Positions 62,955 through 64,000 of a stretch of 64,000 nucleotides of DNA are shown here, one piece after another. The translations under genes and the position numbers were made by a program. Position 1 is the stretch's first letter. Each line of letters starts with the position of its first letter. The DNA is from Chrysomallon squamiferum. Lineage: Eukaryota; Animalia; Mollusca. Location of the stretch: the NCBI GenBank assembly GCA_012295275.1, contig CM022665.1, forward strand, positions 29,202,001-29,266,000. Reading direction: 5' to 3'. The notes beneath the pieces are model-generated. The model ran no database searches. It was not told the DNA's origin and worked only from the letters and a program-made list of their open reading frames with translations.

Positions 62955-63528
62955 CTTTAAAACAGAAATAATCAAATTTATTTAAAATCTCCTAAAAATT
63001 ATATATATATATTCACATTCAAGATTAGAATATTTTTCACTGCATTAATAAAACATATAATTATGCAAATAAAGTTTAAAAAACAACAAACAAAAAAGAA
63101 AACAAAGAACAACCAAGAAACTAAACTAATCCAAGCCATCCCAAAAAGTTACTTCTTAAGAAAAAGTTTAGATAGATATCAATATTCTCTATATTATAAC
63201 ATAACTGGACCAAAAAACTGTGCAATTTAATAGAAATTATTATATTTAATATAATTTACTGATTTGAAATATGTTTAAAAAAAAACATTTGTCAAAAAGA
63301 GATATCCATATAAAATGGATAAAAAAGCTAACACAAAATGGCCATAAAAATAAAATGAAAACATACAGGACAGATTTAAAATCGTTATTTTTTTTATTTT
63401 TTTTAAATTATTTTTTTTAAAGATTAAGAGATAACGTTTTAATTTATTTTACAGAAATGTGGTGACTGGAATTCAAGGAACTTTCAATAACCTTGCTGTT
63501 AATTGTAAAATAAATCGAAAAGTCTTAC

Positions 63529-63649
63529 TTGAACCATTTTGCCAACCAGCTGAATGCAGATCTTCTTTTGTATTTGTCTTCGTCATGGTCATGTGACATA
63601 TTGAAAAGGTCATCACCTTTTGTAGAATCAAATAACTTTCTAGGATCAA
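63529..63649 (-). CDS. ZFPL1: ZFPL1 penultimate exon (DPRKLFDST...DHDEDKYKRRSAFSWLAKWFK); gene continues beyond the window
   Basis: Conserved PRK.FD and D.DEDKY.RR...W motifs. tttcag acceptor and AA|gtaaga donor, in phase with the last exon. Confidence 0.92.
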
Positions 63650-64000
63650 CTGAAACAGTATAAATATGCATGAAAAATAAGTGTACATCACTGCAATAAA
63701 TCAATAATATGTATAGTAAATACATTATTAATCATCAATAATTAATTTCCTGCTATCATTAAGTTACTACCCATTCAGTATTTACATGAGCTGGAGTGTC
63801 CTATTTTTTAAATGCTTTTCAACATGTTACTCACTGAAAGGAGGTAATCATTACTTTTAATATACTCCAGTAAATTAATTAACAAATGGCCAAATAGTGA
63901 GTATTATTTCTATTAAAAAAAATCAAAGATCATATTTTCCTCTGAATTAAATTTTCTTTTAAATTTTTCCTTAAGCACTTCGTTACAATTGGTTGAAAAA

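Overview
AT-rich, microsatellite-dense animal genomic DNA with spliceosomal GT-AG introns. It is probably a lophotrochozoan such as a mollusc (inference). Almost all entries in the supplied ORF track are microsatellite artefacts, and the real genes had to be assembled exon by exon. Four genes are supported. (1) A 13-exon SMOC/Magu-Pentagone-type secreted protein on + (ATG 2537, stop 36816, about 565 aa; signal peptide-Kazal-TY1-basic exon-EC1-linker-TY2-EC2). (2) A DNAJC4-like J-protein on - (about 53464-50440), with a probable 3'UTR intron. (3) An intronless 8-finger C2H2 gene on + (56810-58420), head-to-head with the DNAJC4-like gene. (4) The last two exons of ZFPL1 on -. No CRISPR array, rRNA, intact tRNA or autonomous transposon was found, and no wholly new multi-gene system is evident. 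The most novel signal is a phase-locked relay of small candidate exons in the SMOC linker, headed by two candidate exons that would be mutually exclusive. Other points of interest are a poly-basic mini-exon, uORFs, E2-box clusters, a CpG-density switch near 43 kb, and DNAJC4-ZFPL1 linkage.
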